Below, piece by piece: positions 38,784 through 49,276 of a DNA stretch of 64,000 bases; position 1 is the stretch's first letter, and every line of letters begins with the position of its first letter. Under the pieces are notes generated by a model, which did not search any database, was not told the DNA's origin, and was given only the letters and a program-made list of their open reading frames with translations. The DNA is from Candidatus Poseidoniales archaeon (GTDB lineage Archaea; Thermoplasmatota; Poseidoniia; Poseidoniales; Poseidoniaceae). The stretch covers positions 1,414 to 65,413 of the forward strand of contig QXYA01000095.1 of assembly GCA_009887135.1 (NCBI GenBank), given 5' to 3'. Made by a program: the position numbers and the translations under genes.

Positions 38784-41700
38784 CTAATCTTCCCAGACAG
38801 CCCAATCGGTTTGACCCGGTTCTCTGTAGTACCATGTCTCATCTTCATTTTGAGCCCATTCAGTTCCATCGTCATCGACCCGATGTTCGACCATCCAACT
38901 CGTATCCTCTTTTTCTTCGGCTTCGGGTGGAGGGTTGGATGGACCAGTTCCAGGTGCAGGACCACTCGGACCAGTTCCAGGCGCAGGACCACTCGGACCA
39001 CTCGGGCCAGTTCCAGGCGCAGGACCACTTGGGCCTCGAGTTGCTGGGGCTGAATCCTCATCGTCTTCGTCATAGTCATCATCCCAGTCATCATCACCTC
39101 TTCCTGAACGGAGAGCCATGACGAGGAGAACAAGTAAAACAACAGCGATTAAGCCAATCAGAACGGCTCCGACGTAATACAAGGCTCCACCTGCTGCGAA
39201 GAATCCACCAAAGGTTCCAGTTACTTCAATCTCCAGAGATTCACTAACTTGACCCGCTGTAACAGTAATTGTTTGACCTCCACTATCGAGCGTTGTTACT
39301 CGCCATTGACCTGGTCCAAGTTCCTTGACAGTTCCTCGGCCAGTTGAATCAACACGCGCACTGCTTGGAACAGGAATCGGATTGTAGAACATATCCTTTG
39401 CTTCAACAGTGACATCAATCGATGCTTGTTGATCCACAGTTGTTGCAGACAAAACAACTTCTAGATACGCAACCACCATTTGAGGCTGTATTGAAAGTTC
39501 GAACGTGTTGGTTGCCCCTGGTGTGGAGTAGATCATAACATGCTCACCAGCAACGGATGCCTGATAGGTATAGGCTCCAATATTGGCACGTGGAACGATT
39601 CGAGATGATGTGGTTCCATCTTCAGTCCATTCAACGTCTTGCGGGAATGTATTACCATCGCTATCCGTACCAGTGATGACAATGTCAATTGATTCACCTG
39701 CATCTTCACTCAACGTATCGAGCGTGTGTTCAAGCGAGACTGCAATACCATGGTAAACTGAAATGTCAACTTGTTTCGAGTAATTGAACCCATCTGCATT
39801 AACAACGAATGCAGTTACTCTGTAGGATCCTACTGAGGTTGCTTCCCAATGATAAGCATCGGATTCGAACGTTGAAGTCATGTCAATTACAGAACCTGAA
39901 ACCAAATCTTCGAACAACCAAGTGAGTCTCGAAGCATCTAAAGGATTCAAATCTCCATCGCTAAGACTTACAGAGAAGTCGAGGTATTGATCTGCACTGA
40001 TATTGTATGCAGTTGATGAATCTCCCGTGGAAGCGATTGAACTCATGGTAAATATCTGTAACATACCTTCGGATACAGTAGCTGAAACAGATTCACTAAA
40101 GACAACGCCTCCAAATGTATATTCTGCATTGATCATGTACGGGATTTCTGAAGCCAACTGTGGCATGAATTCGGTTTCATCAGAGAGTGTATAGAGAAGC
40201 ACGGACTGATCGGTCCAACTTGGATGAGACATGGTCCAATTTACGTCAATTGTCCATCGGTTTCCTTTCGCATCAGTAGCCTTTGCCTTCACTTGCAATG
40301 TCTCATCTGCAGTCAAACTGTAGGATTGATCATTTGCATCAGCCGAATCTACAATCAGTGCCATACCAGTCATTGCACCCTTGGTGACGTTGACTGTAAT
40401 TGATGATGAAATTGTTTCGTACTGTGCTGTTATCACACGGCCACCAAGCCCGGTTGGAATCCATTGCACTGGATGATTGAATGTGACATTCACTGCACCA
40501 TCGCTCACAAACGTCCAGTTTGCTAACGGCAAGGAAACTGGTAATCTGTTTCCTTGAATATCGATTCTTGTTGTGTTCATGAAGATGACTTCATCGGCTG
40601 TCAAGTCCCATGCCGAAGGAACAATTTCTAGTGAATCCATTGCTCCATGCCCGGTGGTAATCGTGATTGAATCCGACAAGCCAATTCCAGAAGTCAAAGA
40701 GAATTGCCATGTACCAACTTGGTCAGCGAAATACATGCTGGTCGCTTCACTGTAGAGTCCATCGGTGACTGAATAGGTCAATGCACCTGCTTCAGACAAT
40801 GGTATGATGTTTCCGAATTGGTCATACAGAGTTGTAGTGATTTCACATTCTGTTCCTGCAGGAGTGACGCCTTCACATCCAACCAAGACGATCTCGGAAG
40901 GTGCACCAAGTTCAACTTGAACATTGACAATCACGGTGATTGTCGTCCATGTAACTGATACTGTTTGGCCTCCAGTGGAGTAGGGCTGGAATACATCACC
41001 AAATGTACCAATCATTGAACCATTACTTGGGGTAAAGGAGATGCTTTCACCTGAGACAATATTGCCAAATTGATCGACAACATCTGCTGTTAATTGGAGC
41101 GTATCATCCGCAGTAATGGTCGCAGTAAGAGGAGTTACAATCAGATTAACCGGTGCTCCCGGGGTAACTGTCACTGTTTCATCAGCACAAATGACACCAA
41201 AGCAAGCGGTGATTGTGTGAACTCCTGTTGTTGAAGGAGTGTAAACACCAGTTGAAGCATCAATTTGACCACTTGAAGCAGACCAAACAATTGGGACTGT
41301 TGCAACCAGAGAATTGTAATCAAACGTTGAAGCACTGAATGTTACAGATGTATCAGCATCTGTGGTTGTTGCAGTTGGTGAGATGGTTACTGAATCAATG
41401 TCAGTATAGTTCATTTGCATCAGTGGTCTTAGATTGCTGGTTGAATCACTGTTATCAGCAAATTCGACTGTCATCCATCCTTGGTTAACGGTTGCGATAA
41501 TGACCCATCCATGTGTGCCATCAATGAAGAGAGAACGATGTCCGAGGCTCATTTGTACCCATTGATTGGTCGCTTGAGAATTACTCACAAAGAAGGTATC
41601 GAGTGGTGTAGAATCATAATCCACACCAGGTTGAAGACCAGGAGCACCCCAAGTTGCAGCGCCGGTTCCGTTCCATGTTACGGAGGTTTCACCCCAACCA

Positions 41701-44700
41701 GTTGTCAGGACTTTGTGAACAGAGAGTGTCATTCCAGTTGCGCCTGCACCAAAGTCAAGATCGGTAAGGTACAAACTCAAATCAACAGAATGAACGTTCA
41801 TGTTTGGATTGAATGGTATTTGACCGAAATCAGTGGAGACGAGCATTCGATACTCATCTTGACCTGAATCGATACCAATCATGCTGGAATCGCCATCCAA
41901 GTTAGCGTCTGCTGTTCCGCTGTAGACTGAAGCATCTTCCACATTGGTGTGAGCCATCTCTTGAATTTCGTTTCCAGTTTGGAATTCATACGTCCATGTA
42001 TGATCGAAGTTATCTTGTGTTGCTGGGTCACCAATACCGACAATCCATCGTGATGAAGATGGACCTGGAATTGAACCATTGACTGCCTGAACCCACCACT
42101 CAAAGGTTGACCCTGGGGAGAGAGAACTACTGAAAACAAAGTTTGTTCCTGTGATTTGACTTGAAATTCCAGATTTGAAATTGTATTGTCCAGAGGAATC
42201 GCGAATAGTAACGATGTATCCTGTCGCTCCAGTAACGGGATTCCAAGAAAGTGTTGGCTTGTCCAATGGTTCAAGCAGAGTTGTTGTTGTATTGTACAGT
42301 ACAGTTCCATCTACAGGTGAGATAAGGACGGGTTGTGCCGGTGGGATAACACCTGCAATGTTATCGACATAATCGACGCGAAGGACAGGACGCAAGGCTA
42401 TCGAGGAAGATTCACCCGAATGGAATGAATGTAAACTACTCGCTGTTCCAACAGCTGATAGCTTGATGGTCATTGAAAGATTTCCATTGGCAATGTTTGA
42501 TTGAGCCAGTGAGGTAATATCCCATTCCAACCAACCATTTGGTGGCGTTACTGAAAGAGTAGAACGAGTTACCTCGGTCGTACTGCATGTAGGAGATTGC
42601 AGCGCTGTGACAAACCCTTCATTGAACGTTGAACAAGCGTGAGCACTCACAGTTATTGGGGAGACCCCTGTTACTTGTGTTCGATACATACGCAGCATTA
42701 CAGAGGTTGGCGTAATTGCACTAGGCCAAGGCATCTGAGACAAATCATATTCGATGTACACTTCATGATCACCTGAGGTACCAGAACCAAGTAATAACGA
42801 AGCACTTGAGCCGTAGTTGGAATTAAATGATGACGATGAAGTATAGGTGTCAGGAGCAGCAGGGAGTAAACCCGTGCTTGTAAAAATGGACCCACTTGAG
42901 AGGTTTACAGTATGGTTTCCTAAACCGTCATCGTACCCTTGTGCATCAGGAATACGGTATTTGTTAACTTGAGAATATTCTCCAATTCTGTAGTAATCTT
43001 CGATTAGTTGGTATGACAGAACGCGCCAATATTGCCATTCGTCTCCAGATGTAGCATTTGTATTCGCAAGGGTGGTAGTCGATGGATCCCAAGTGAGGTT
43101 GGACTCAGAGAGAGAAGTGGTATCAGTCGACAAAATACAAGCAAGATCGTAAATCATTCGAGCATCAGATGCAGAACAAATCTGGTATCCTGTTTCGTTG
43201 GAAGACGGAGGAGTCCATGAATGGTTTACATGATCGACTCCAGCTGGACGGGGAGCGGACATATTCCATAGGGTCGAACTGTCAACAGGGAGGAGATTTG
43301 ATGGACTTGAAGCAACGTATGGATTTGATGCTCGATACGTCAAGTTCAGACTTGGACGCAAACTTGTAGAGGCTTCATCACTCGAGAAGAAATCCATTCT
43401 ACCATCGACACTGCTGAAATTCTCTTCAGGTTGAACAAGAATGTGAATTGTGTTCACTCCCTGAGCAAGAGCTTGTTGAATGACTTCCGTGATATTTCCA
43501 AAGATCATTGAATCTTCTGAGTCAACAAGACCAGCCCCGTTCATTGGAACAGAAGTATCGGTTGAATGATAAGCACCAGGTGCATTCCAAGTCGTTGAGC
43601 TTGTCGCATTATTCCAATTTGCATCTGCATCGAATGACGTGAGAACCTTCGATTGGCTAATCCATACTTCTCCATTCGAACCTGATTCTGTGGCAAGGTA
43701 GAGTTCTGCAGACATCACTTCAAAGGAATTCCCAAGCGGTAATTTCGAGATATCTATTGAGAAGAGAACCGAAGAACGAGCTGATGTACTGGTTGTGAAG
43801 GAGGAACGGCCGATACTGAGAACGCTATCACCTGAAAGATCTTGATTTGGAGAACCCGAATCGAGTCCAATGTCTTGGATGAAACCAGATGGCTCGTTGA
43901 GAGATGGCAAGAAGCCTCCTTCTGAAATGTTGAGGTATCCCCATGTACTGTTAATCTCTTGACCAATGTCATGAGGTATATGGAATACTGAACTGGTAGA
44001 ACGTGGACCGAGCATGCTGTTGTTCACGGGTTGAACGAACCAGCGAACACTTTGATTTGTGCTAAGATCGGTCGAAGGTTGGAAGGTTAGACTTTGCAAA
44101 TCGAACATTGAAGAATCAACACGTGAATCGTATGTTGTGAATCCTTCCATGATGTCAGAAGCATCATTTTGGAGGAAGACTTTCCAATCATCGATATTCG
44201 CAGAATTGGAGTGTGTCCAACTCAACACTGGACGTGTGTCAGGTTCTGGAACGTGTGTTGACAGATTCCATGACATGTCCCCATCAGCAGGTAAGGTGTT
44301 TGCACCAGCCACTGTTGGAATTGTTGAAGTTCCTTCAGTCCATGTGAGATTAAGCCATGGACGTTGTGTCAAGAGTCCTTCTGTGCTTGCAAATGTAATC
44401 AGAGAGTCAGATGAGTCACTCGTCATTAGAGCAACTGAGAGGTAGGAATCACCGTTTGCAAGTGCTGCTTGCACAAGTTCTGTAACATCCCAATCCATCC
44501 AATCTGCACTTGCAGAAGTACTCAAATCACTGAGTTGACCAACATCGTTTCCGATGGAACGGCCGCCATCTAATGTCCATGAATTCGTACCATCATAGGT
44601 TGAATTGTTGAGGTCAGTCGTCCAAGTTTGCAATACTGGTCGAACTGCAATTTCTGTATTCGTATCAGAACCTACAAGAGCCCACAGATTCAATTCTGCG

Positions 44701-47700
44701 TTTGTCACACGAGCATTCGAAGGTGAAGGAATCTGATCGAGAGGGATCTTCAGGAGTGCTGTCGATTGGTACCCACTGCCGAGTTCCCCAACCTTCATCG
44801 AGGTGGATGTGGAGTGGTTTTGTTGCCCTTCTATGCCTCCTTCGGCCAACCAAGTGTCAATGAAATGCGGCAGTCCCAAATCAGGCATAGCTTCCGCATG
44901 GCGAATCTCAACTGCTGCGCTGGTTGAGGACAGATTCCATGTTGTTAATGATGGAATGTTGAAGTGGAACGTTTGCGACCAATTTCCAAGTTGATTTGTT
45001 GTCGAGATTGTACGTACACGCCAGTACCAAGTTTCACCAACTGTCAAATCGTTTTGTGGAGTAAAGGTTTTCCCATTTACATCGAAACCTGCGTTTGACC
45101 ATGAAGTCTCAATGCTCATGTCACTGCTGTCAAAGGCGTCGGTTGTATCGACCTGAACGGCATAACCACCAACGCTGATTGCACTGGAATGTGTCCAATT
45201 AAGCATAGGTCGAAGAACTGGCTCAGGATTAATTCCAGGCTGAATGCTCCATGAACCATTCAATGGATTTACTGGAACCGGCTCAACCGGTATGGCGTTT
45301 GAACCTGGAACATATACGAAACTGAGCTCAGGACGTTTTGCATCTACTGCGCTTCCAGTATGGAAAAGAGCATCTCTAATTTGACCTGATCCAGCACCAA
45401 TAATGCCGAGAATAAAGTCTGCAGAATGATTGTCTCGCATAGCATTTTGCATTGCGAGTGTAACATTCCAAGTCACAGACGAACTCGAAGTGAAGCCACT
45501 GCCGATACTTACTGAATCAAGCAATGATGAACGTTCAGATCCCTTTGCGCCAACGGTGCCCCACGTGTTTGACCCATCATAAGTCGCCCAAGTAGCGCCG
45601 TCTTCAGTCCAGTTATGCTGGGTGCTTTCCCAAGCCCCAACGACTGGTGAACCGAATGGGAAATCACTGAGGTACACTTCTAAATTTGCGGATTCAACTG
45701 CATAACCATTTGGAAGGAATGTGCTCGAAAGGTCACATCCAAACAAAATTGTTGTTTCTGATGGTATCGTGTTGTAAGAAACTTGGAGTTCAGTTTCTTG
45801 ACCGTAGTTCGAACTTGGCATACCTGAGTCAATGTAGGAATCCGCACAAGCTGGATGGAGTCCATCCGAACTTGCATTGCCTTGCTTGAGCCTAAACTCA
45901 TAGCGGTCCCCACCAAGCCATGTTGAATCCATGTTACTGATCAGGAATGTCGAATACGTCCAATCACCATGACGTCCATCGGAATCGATGTGGAGCATCC
46001 TCCAATTGTACATGTGTCCGGCTTCAAGGCTATTGGCACCAGTGAATGAAAAGTCTCCGTCACTTGGTAAGAAATCGGAATCAACACGAGTGTCGACATA
46101 AGCGATACGATCATGGTATTGACCGTCTGTTGACAATTCAAAAATCATATCATATGAACCGGATGTGCTAGCAGACCACGTCAAAGTAGGAGTCGTATTT
46201 CCAGTGAAGTTGTGTCCTGATTGATTCCAAAGGGTTTCTCCATCGTAAGGAGAAGTGAGAGAAGGTGCAACGGTTACTGGTGTACCCCATTCATATGTGA
46301 TGTAGAGATATGGTTTGTCAGATTCAGAAGTTGCATCGGAGGAATAGAAGGTTACAGAATCAATTCCAGCATTTGCAGAATAAGCACCATTTTCTGAGCG
46401 CGTTGTCATTGCCAAATCGATTACACCCGTGTTTCCATTATCCAAGTGTTGTTGTAATGTAGGGGTCAAGTCAAACGAAAAGTCATCACTGATCTGTGAA
46501 CCAAAAATGCCCGTATCTGTCGCATGACTAATCAATCCTCGGCCTCCGCTTCTCCACAATTGACTGGTTTTCTTTCGCAGCCATGTAAGTTCATCTTCAT
46601 TCCATGCATCATCATTGTCCATTTCATGTAATGCCAGCGTTGCTGAACCGCTTGAAGTGGATCGGGTAAGATTCAATGAAGCCTCAAGAATTGTTGCATT
46701 TGAATGCATTCCTAACGCATCGAATGCCAATCTGAAATGAGGAATGGTCTCTTTGTTTGAAGATAATGTAGCATCCAATGTAGTGGAGGACCCATAATTG
46801 GTATTCTTGTTATTCTCATCTGCGACCGCATCTTCGATGAAATTCAGGTCTGTTGATAGATCATTAATGTCGACTGCAATTGTAGCTGTCCCATCTCCGT
46901 TATCGATGATGTCGTGTTCAGGGAGGAAGAAGGAACCTGTTTCCCATGAACCGAGAATTCCTGTTGTATCCATTGAACGCATTCGATAATGCATGTAGGT
47001 TCCGTTCTCAAAAGCAGCAGAGGAAGGGATGGCAAGAGAACCTGTAGTTCCTGCCAAGGTGAATAAGCTCGTGTGAATATCTGAATTATAAAGCCAGGCG
47101 TAATCGTCTTCCGTGCTCTTGAAACTGGAATCGAGTGAAACTTGAACTTCAGCGAGAATACCGGAAAACGCATTCCACGTCATCGACGGGTTCAAATCTG
47201 CTGAAAGGATGAAATCTCCAGTCATTAATGGCGCACCATCAGAAACGAAATCGGGAGTGATTTGGCCCCCAGTACCAGCAGTTGAGGCTGAAGAGTCAAC
47301 GATCATTGCTGGCCTGTTAGCGACATTGAGGGTTTCATTGAGTTCACAATCATATTGTGCTTCATGAGCAGAAATTACCAGGTCGAGAGAACTCTGGCTC
47401 GAAGCTACTGCAGCCTGAGTCAAAGCAGTGACATTGAGTTCGACTGTAGAGGAACCACCGCCAATATTGAGTGGGGCTGTAAGATGGAATGGTTCCCATC
47501 CATCACGATCGGCTGTGCCATCCACACCAGGTTGAGCCCATGCAAGAACTCCATTTCTCGAATTCCAAGTTGCACTCTCGTTCCATGATGCGCTTGTTGC
47601 CGCGGGATAAACAGCCAAACCATTCGAAGCATCACTACTGCTGCACACGAGGTCAACTCGTGAGGAATGAATCGTATCTGTCGATGCATAATTCAAAGGG

Positions 47701-47966
47701 AATGAAATCAAGATTCGGCTATCGCTTGTTCCTGAAACACCTAGCAATCCAGTGTCATCGCTGGAAAAGTCATCGTTTGGAAAATCTGAATCGATGTATG
47801 TGTCTGTTGTAGGATTAAGGGTCGAAGTAACATGGAGAACCGTTTGCTCCTCCTCAAGTTGTTCGGGAGCAGGGAAGGCTGATGGGACGAACACATCGGC
47901 GAGTAAAAACATCAAAACCATGATTATGGCTGCTGAAAGATTTCGGGGATTGGTGGTAGTTCTCAT
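38784..47966 (-). CDS. Giant surface protein 4 (3060 aa): signal peptide, many beta-rich repeat domains, TM anchor, acidic + Pro/Gly-repeat + Trp/Tyr-rich cytoplasmic tail
   Basis: Signal peptide MRTTTNPRNLSAAIIMVLMFLLADVFVPSAFPA. TM helix LYYVGAVLIGLIAVVLLVLLVMAL. Tail DDDWDDDYDEDDED...(GPSGPAPGT)n...TEWAQNEDETWYYREPGQTDWAVWED. Confidence 0.75.
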   Translation of the reverse strand: MRTTTNPRNLSAAIIMVLMFLLADVFVPSAFPAPEQLEEEQTVLHVTSTLNPTTDTYIDSDFPNDDFSSDDTGLLGVSGTSDSRILISFPLNYASTDTIHSSRVDLVCSSSDASNGLAVYPAATSASWNESATWNSRNGVLAWAQPGVDGTADRDGWEPFHLTAPLNIGGGSSTVELNVTALTQAAVASSQSSLDLVISAHEAQYDCELNETLNVANRPAMIVDSSASTAGTGGQITPDFVSDGAPLMTGDFILSADLNPSMTWNAFSGILAEVQVSLDSSFKSTEDDYAWLYNSDIHTSLFTLAGTTGSLAIPSSAAFENGTYMHYRMRSMDTTGILGSWETGSFFLPEHDIIDNGDGTATIAVDINDLSTDLNFIEDAVADENNKNTNYGSSTTLDATLSSNKETIPHFRLAFDALGMHSNATILEASLNLTRSTSSGSATLALHEMDNDDAWNEDELTWLRKKTSQLWRSGGRGLISHATDTGIFGSQISDDFSFDLTPTLQQHLDNGNTGVIDLAMTTRSENGAYSANAGIDSVTFYSSDATSESDKPYLYITYEWGTPVTVAPSLTSPYDGETLWNQSGHNFTGNTTPTLTWSASTSGSYDMIFELSTDGQYHDRIAYVDTRVDSDFLPSDGDFSFTGANSLEAGHMYNWRMLHIDSDGRHGDWTYSTFLISNMDSTWLGGDRYEFRLKQGNASSDGLHPACADSYIDSGMPSSNYGQETELQVSYNTIPSETTILFGCDLSSTFLPNGYAVESANLEVYLSDFPFGSPVVGAWESTQHNWTEDGATWATYDGSNTWGTVGAKGSERSSLLDSVSIGSGFTSSSSVTWNVTLAMQNAMRDNHSADFILGIIGAGSGQIRDALFHTGSAVDAKRPELSFVYVPGSNAIPVEPVPVNPLNGSWSIQPGINPEPVLRPMLNWTHSSAISVGGYAVQVDTTDAFDSSDMSIETSWSNAGFDVNGKTFTPQNDLTVGETWYWRVRTISTTNQLGNWSQTFHFNIPSLTTWNLSSTSAAVEIRHAEAMPDLGLPHFIDTWLAEGGIEGQQNHSTSTSMKVGELGSGYQSTALLKIPLDQIPSPSNARVTNAELNLWALVGSDTNTEIAVRPVLQTWTTDLNNSTYDGTNSWTLDGGRSIGNDVGQLSDLSTSASADWMDWDVTELVQAALANGDSYLSVALMTSDSSDSLITFASTEGLLTQRPWLNLTWTEGTSTIPTVAGANTLPADGDMSWNLSTHVPEPDTRPVLSWTHSNSANIDDWKVFLQNDASDIMEGFTTYDSRVDSSMFDLQSLTFQPSTDLSTNQSVRWFVQPVNNSMLGPRSTSSVFHIPHDIGQEINSTWGYLNISEGGFLPSLNEPSGFIQDIGLDSGSPNQDLSGDSVLSIGRSSFTTSTSARSSVLFSIDISKLPLGNSFEVMSAELYLATESGSNGEVWISQSKVLTSFDADANWNNATSSTTWNAPGAYHSTDTSVPMNGAGLVDSEDSMIFGNITEVIQQALAQGVNTIHILVQPEENFSSVDGRMDFFSSDEASTSLRPSLNLTYRASNPYVASSPSNLLPVDSSTLWNMSAPRPAGVDHVNHSWTPPSSNETGYQICSASDARMIYDLACILSTDTTSLSESNLTWDPSTTTLANTNATSGDEWQYWRVLSYQLIEDYYRIGEYSQVNKYRIPDAQGYDDGLGNHTVNLSSGSIFTSTGLLPAAPDTYTSSSSFNSNYGSSASLLLGSGTSGDHEVYIEYDLSQMPWPSAITPTSVMLRMYRTQVTGVSPITVSAHACSTFNEGFVTALQSPTCSTTEVTRSTLSVTPPNGWLEWDITSLAQSNIANGNLSMTIKLSAVGTASSLHSFHSGESSSIALRPVLRVDYVDNIAGVIPPAQPVLISPVDGTVLYNTTTTLLEPLDKPTLSWNPVTGATGYIVTIRDSSGQYNFKSGISSQITGTNFVFSSSLSPGSTFEWWVQAVNGSIPGPSSSRWIVGIGDPATQDNFDHTWTYEFQTGNEIQEMAHTNVEDASVYSGTADANLDGDSSMIGIDSGQDEYRMLVSTDFGQIPFNPNMNVHSVDLSLYLTDLDFGAGATGMTLSVHKVLTTGWGETSVTWNGTGAATWGAPGLQPGVDYDSTPLDTFFVSNSQATNQWVQMSLGHRSLFIDGTHGWVIIATVNQGWMTVEFADNSDSTSNLRPLMQMNYTDIDSVTISPTATTTDADTSVTFSASTFDYNSLVATVPIVWSASSGQIDASTGVYTPSTTGVHTITACFGVICADETVTVTPGAPVNLIVTPLTATITADDTLQLTADVVDQFGNIVSGESISFTPSNGSMIGTFGDVFQPYSTGGQTVSVTWTTITVIVNVQVELGAPSEIVLVGCEGVTPAGTECEITTTLYDQFGNIIPLSEAGALTYSVTDGLYSEATSMYFADQVGTWQFSLTSGIGLSDSITITTGHGAMDSLEIVPSAWDLTADEVIFMNTTRIDIQGNRLPVSLPLANWTFVSDGAVNVTFNHPVQWIPTGLGGRVITAQYETISSSITVNVTKGAMTGMALIVDSADANDQSYSLTADETLQVKAKATDAKGNRWTIDVNWTMSHPSWTDQSVLLYTLSDETEFMPQLASEIPYMINAEYTFGGVVFSESVSATVSEGMLQIFTMSSIASTGDSSTAYNISADQYLDFSVSLSDGDLNPLDASRLTWLFEDLVSGSVIDMTSTFESDAYHWEATSVGSYRVTAFVVNADGFNYSKQVDISVYHGIAVSLEHTLDTLSEDAGESIDIVITGTDSDGNTFPQDVEWTEDGTTSSRIVPRANIGAYTYQASVAGEHVMIYSTPGATNTFELSIQPQMVVAYLEVVLSATTVDQQASIDVTVEAKDMFYNPIPVPSSARVDSTGRGTVKELGPGQWRVTTLDSGGQTITVTAGQVSESLEIEVTGTFGGFFAAGGALYYVGAVLIGLIAVVLLVLLVMALRSGRGDDDWDDDYDEDDEDSAPATRGPSGPAPGTGPSGPSGPAPGTGPSGPAPGTGPSNPPPEAEEKEDTSWMVEHRVDDDGTEWAQNEDETWYYREPGQTDWAVWED
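38936..39046 (-). repeat. Tandem ~27-nt coding repeat (about 3.5 copies) encoding PGTGPSGPA units in the cytoplasmic tail of surface protein 4
   Basis: Direct repeats ggaccagttccagg(t/c)gcaggaccactc are visible in the DNA. Confidence 0.7.
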
Positions 47967-48014
47967 GGCGCTCGCTTCGGCTAAGATGTGGAAGGTTATG
48001 ACTGATTCGCTCTA

Positions 48015-48033
48015 CGCCCCCCATAGGGGGGCG
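48015..48033. promoter_or_regulatory. GC-rich perfect hairpin/palindrome CGCCCCCC-ATA-GGGGGGCG in the divergent promoter region between surface protein 4 and rfcS
   Basis: An 8-bp all-GC stem in a 45% GC genome. It is followed by a TATA-like AATATA at 48036-48041, about 25 nt before the ATG at 48063. Confidence 0.35.
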
Positions 48034-48062
48034 CTCAATATAGTCAATTCAAATCCAACCGA

Positions 48063-49052
48063 ATGTTGAAGGAGGCTCGGCATTCTCTTGACGATATGAG
48101 CGAGTTATGGGTTGAGCGCCATCGGCCACAAAGTGTCTCTGAAATACGTGGCCAATCCTCCGTAGTAAGTCGATTAAAGGTCTATGCAGAACACAAAGAA
48201 TTCCCACACTTGCTTTTTGCAGGCCCACCCGGGACAGGAAAGACCACCGCAGCAATGGCACTAACCAAAGACGTCTATGGGAAAAATTTCCGTGACAATC
48301 TTCTTGAAATGAACGCATCCGACGAGAGAGGATTGGATAAAATACGTTCAAAGGTCAAACAATTTGCACGAACTCAGCCATATGGCGATGCGAAATTCAA
48401 AATTATTTTCCTTGATGAATCCGATGCTCTAACAAACGATGCTCAAGGAGCACTTCGCCGTATAATGGAGCAATATGCCGAGACATGTCGATTCATTCTA
48501 TCTTGCAACTATTCTTCAAAGGTGATTGAACCAATTCAATCACGGTGTGCAGTATTTCGATTTCGCCCCCTCGCTGATTCAGATGTACTGGCTCAAGTAA
48601 AGTACGTCGCCAAAGAGGAGAAGGTAACTCTCGAAGATGATGCTGCAGAAGCATTGGCTCGAATTGCCCAAGGTGATTTGAGAAGGGCAATCACTGCCCT
48701 ACAAGTTTCAGCTGCAATCAGCAACACTATTTCCAGATCGGTTGTTTATGAAACATCAGCAACGGCTCCACCTGAAGCATTGCATCAATACATCATGGCA
48801 TGTCGGGAGGATGGATTTCACGTTGCACGAAGAAGGTTACAAGAACTTCTCGACAGATATGGTTTGGCAGGGACTGATTTTGTCGGCCAACTTCATCGAG
48901 AATTATACGGTGTTGATTTTATCTCGGAAACCGACAAATTAGATTTGACTGAGGTCATGGCTGAAGTTGATTATCGTCTTGTTGAGGGCGGTGGCGAGCG
49001 CATACAACTCGATGCTATGACCGCTCGATTGGTATCCATGCTCAAACCCTGA
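48063..49052 (+). CDS. rfcS: Replication factor C small subunit
   Basis: Motifs LWVERHRPQSVSEIRGQ, LLFAGPPGTGKTT (Walker A) and IIFLDESDALT (Walker B / DEAD-like). Sensor SRC motif in SRCAVFRF. 329 aa. Confidence 0.85.
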   Translation: MLKEARHSLDDMSELWVERHRPQSVSEIRGQSSVVSRLKVYAEHKEFPHLLFAGPPGTGKTTAAMALTKDVYGKNFRDNLLEMNASDERGLDKIRSKVKQFARTQPYGDAKFKIIFLDESDALTNDAQGALRRIMEQYAETCRFILSCNYSSKVIEPIQSRCAVFRFRPLADSDVLAQVKYVAKEEKVTLEDDAAEALARIAQGDLRRAITALQVSAAISNTISRSVVYETSATAPPEALHQYIMACREDGFHVARRRLQELLDRYGLAGTDFVGQLHRELYGVDFISETDKLDLTEVMAEVDYRLVEGGGERIQLDAMTARLVSMLKP

Positions 49053-49080
49053 TTCTTTCACTTTCACTTTCACATTTACT
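49053..49080 (+). terminator. TTTCAC x3 motif immediately after the rfcS stop codon (second copy of the motif at 933-957)
   Basis: TTCTTTCACTTTCACTTTCACATTTACT begins 1 nt after the TGA at 49050-49052. Confidence 0.3.
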
Positions 49081-49276
49081 GCCTGAAGAAAGTAACAGTA
49101 TCTTTGAACTGACGCAGGAACATGAACCAATCAACTCGAATCATTTTTGACGCCCTATCTTGGACACCTCTTGCCCCTTTGGTCAGGACATATCGACGTA
49201 AACAAGTCGAAACGATGACAGCGGAATTACGAGTAACAATCGAAATCGATTCGTTGTTCGACCAAATTTTGATGAA

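Noticed and set aside
38936-39046. Tandem direct repeats that might suggest a CRISPR array or a mobile-element terminal repeat
   Set aside because: The repeats are in-frame coding repeats (PGTGPSGPA) within the tail of surface protein 4. There are no spacers and no cas genes.
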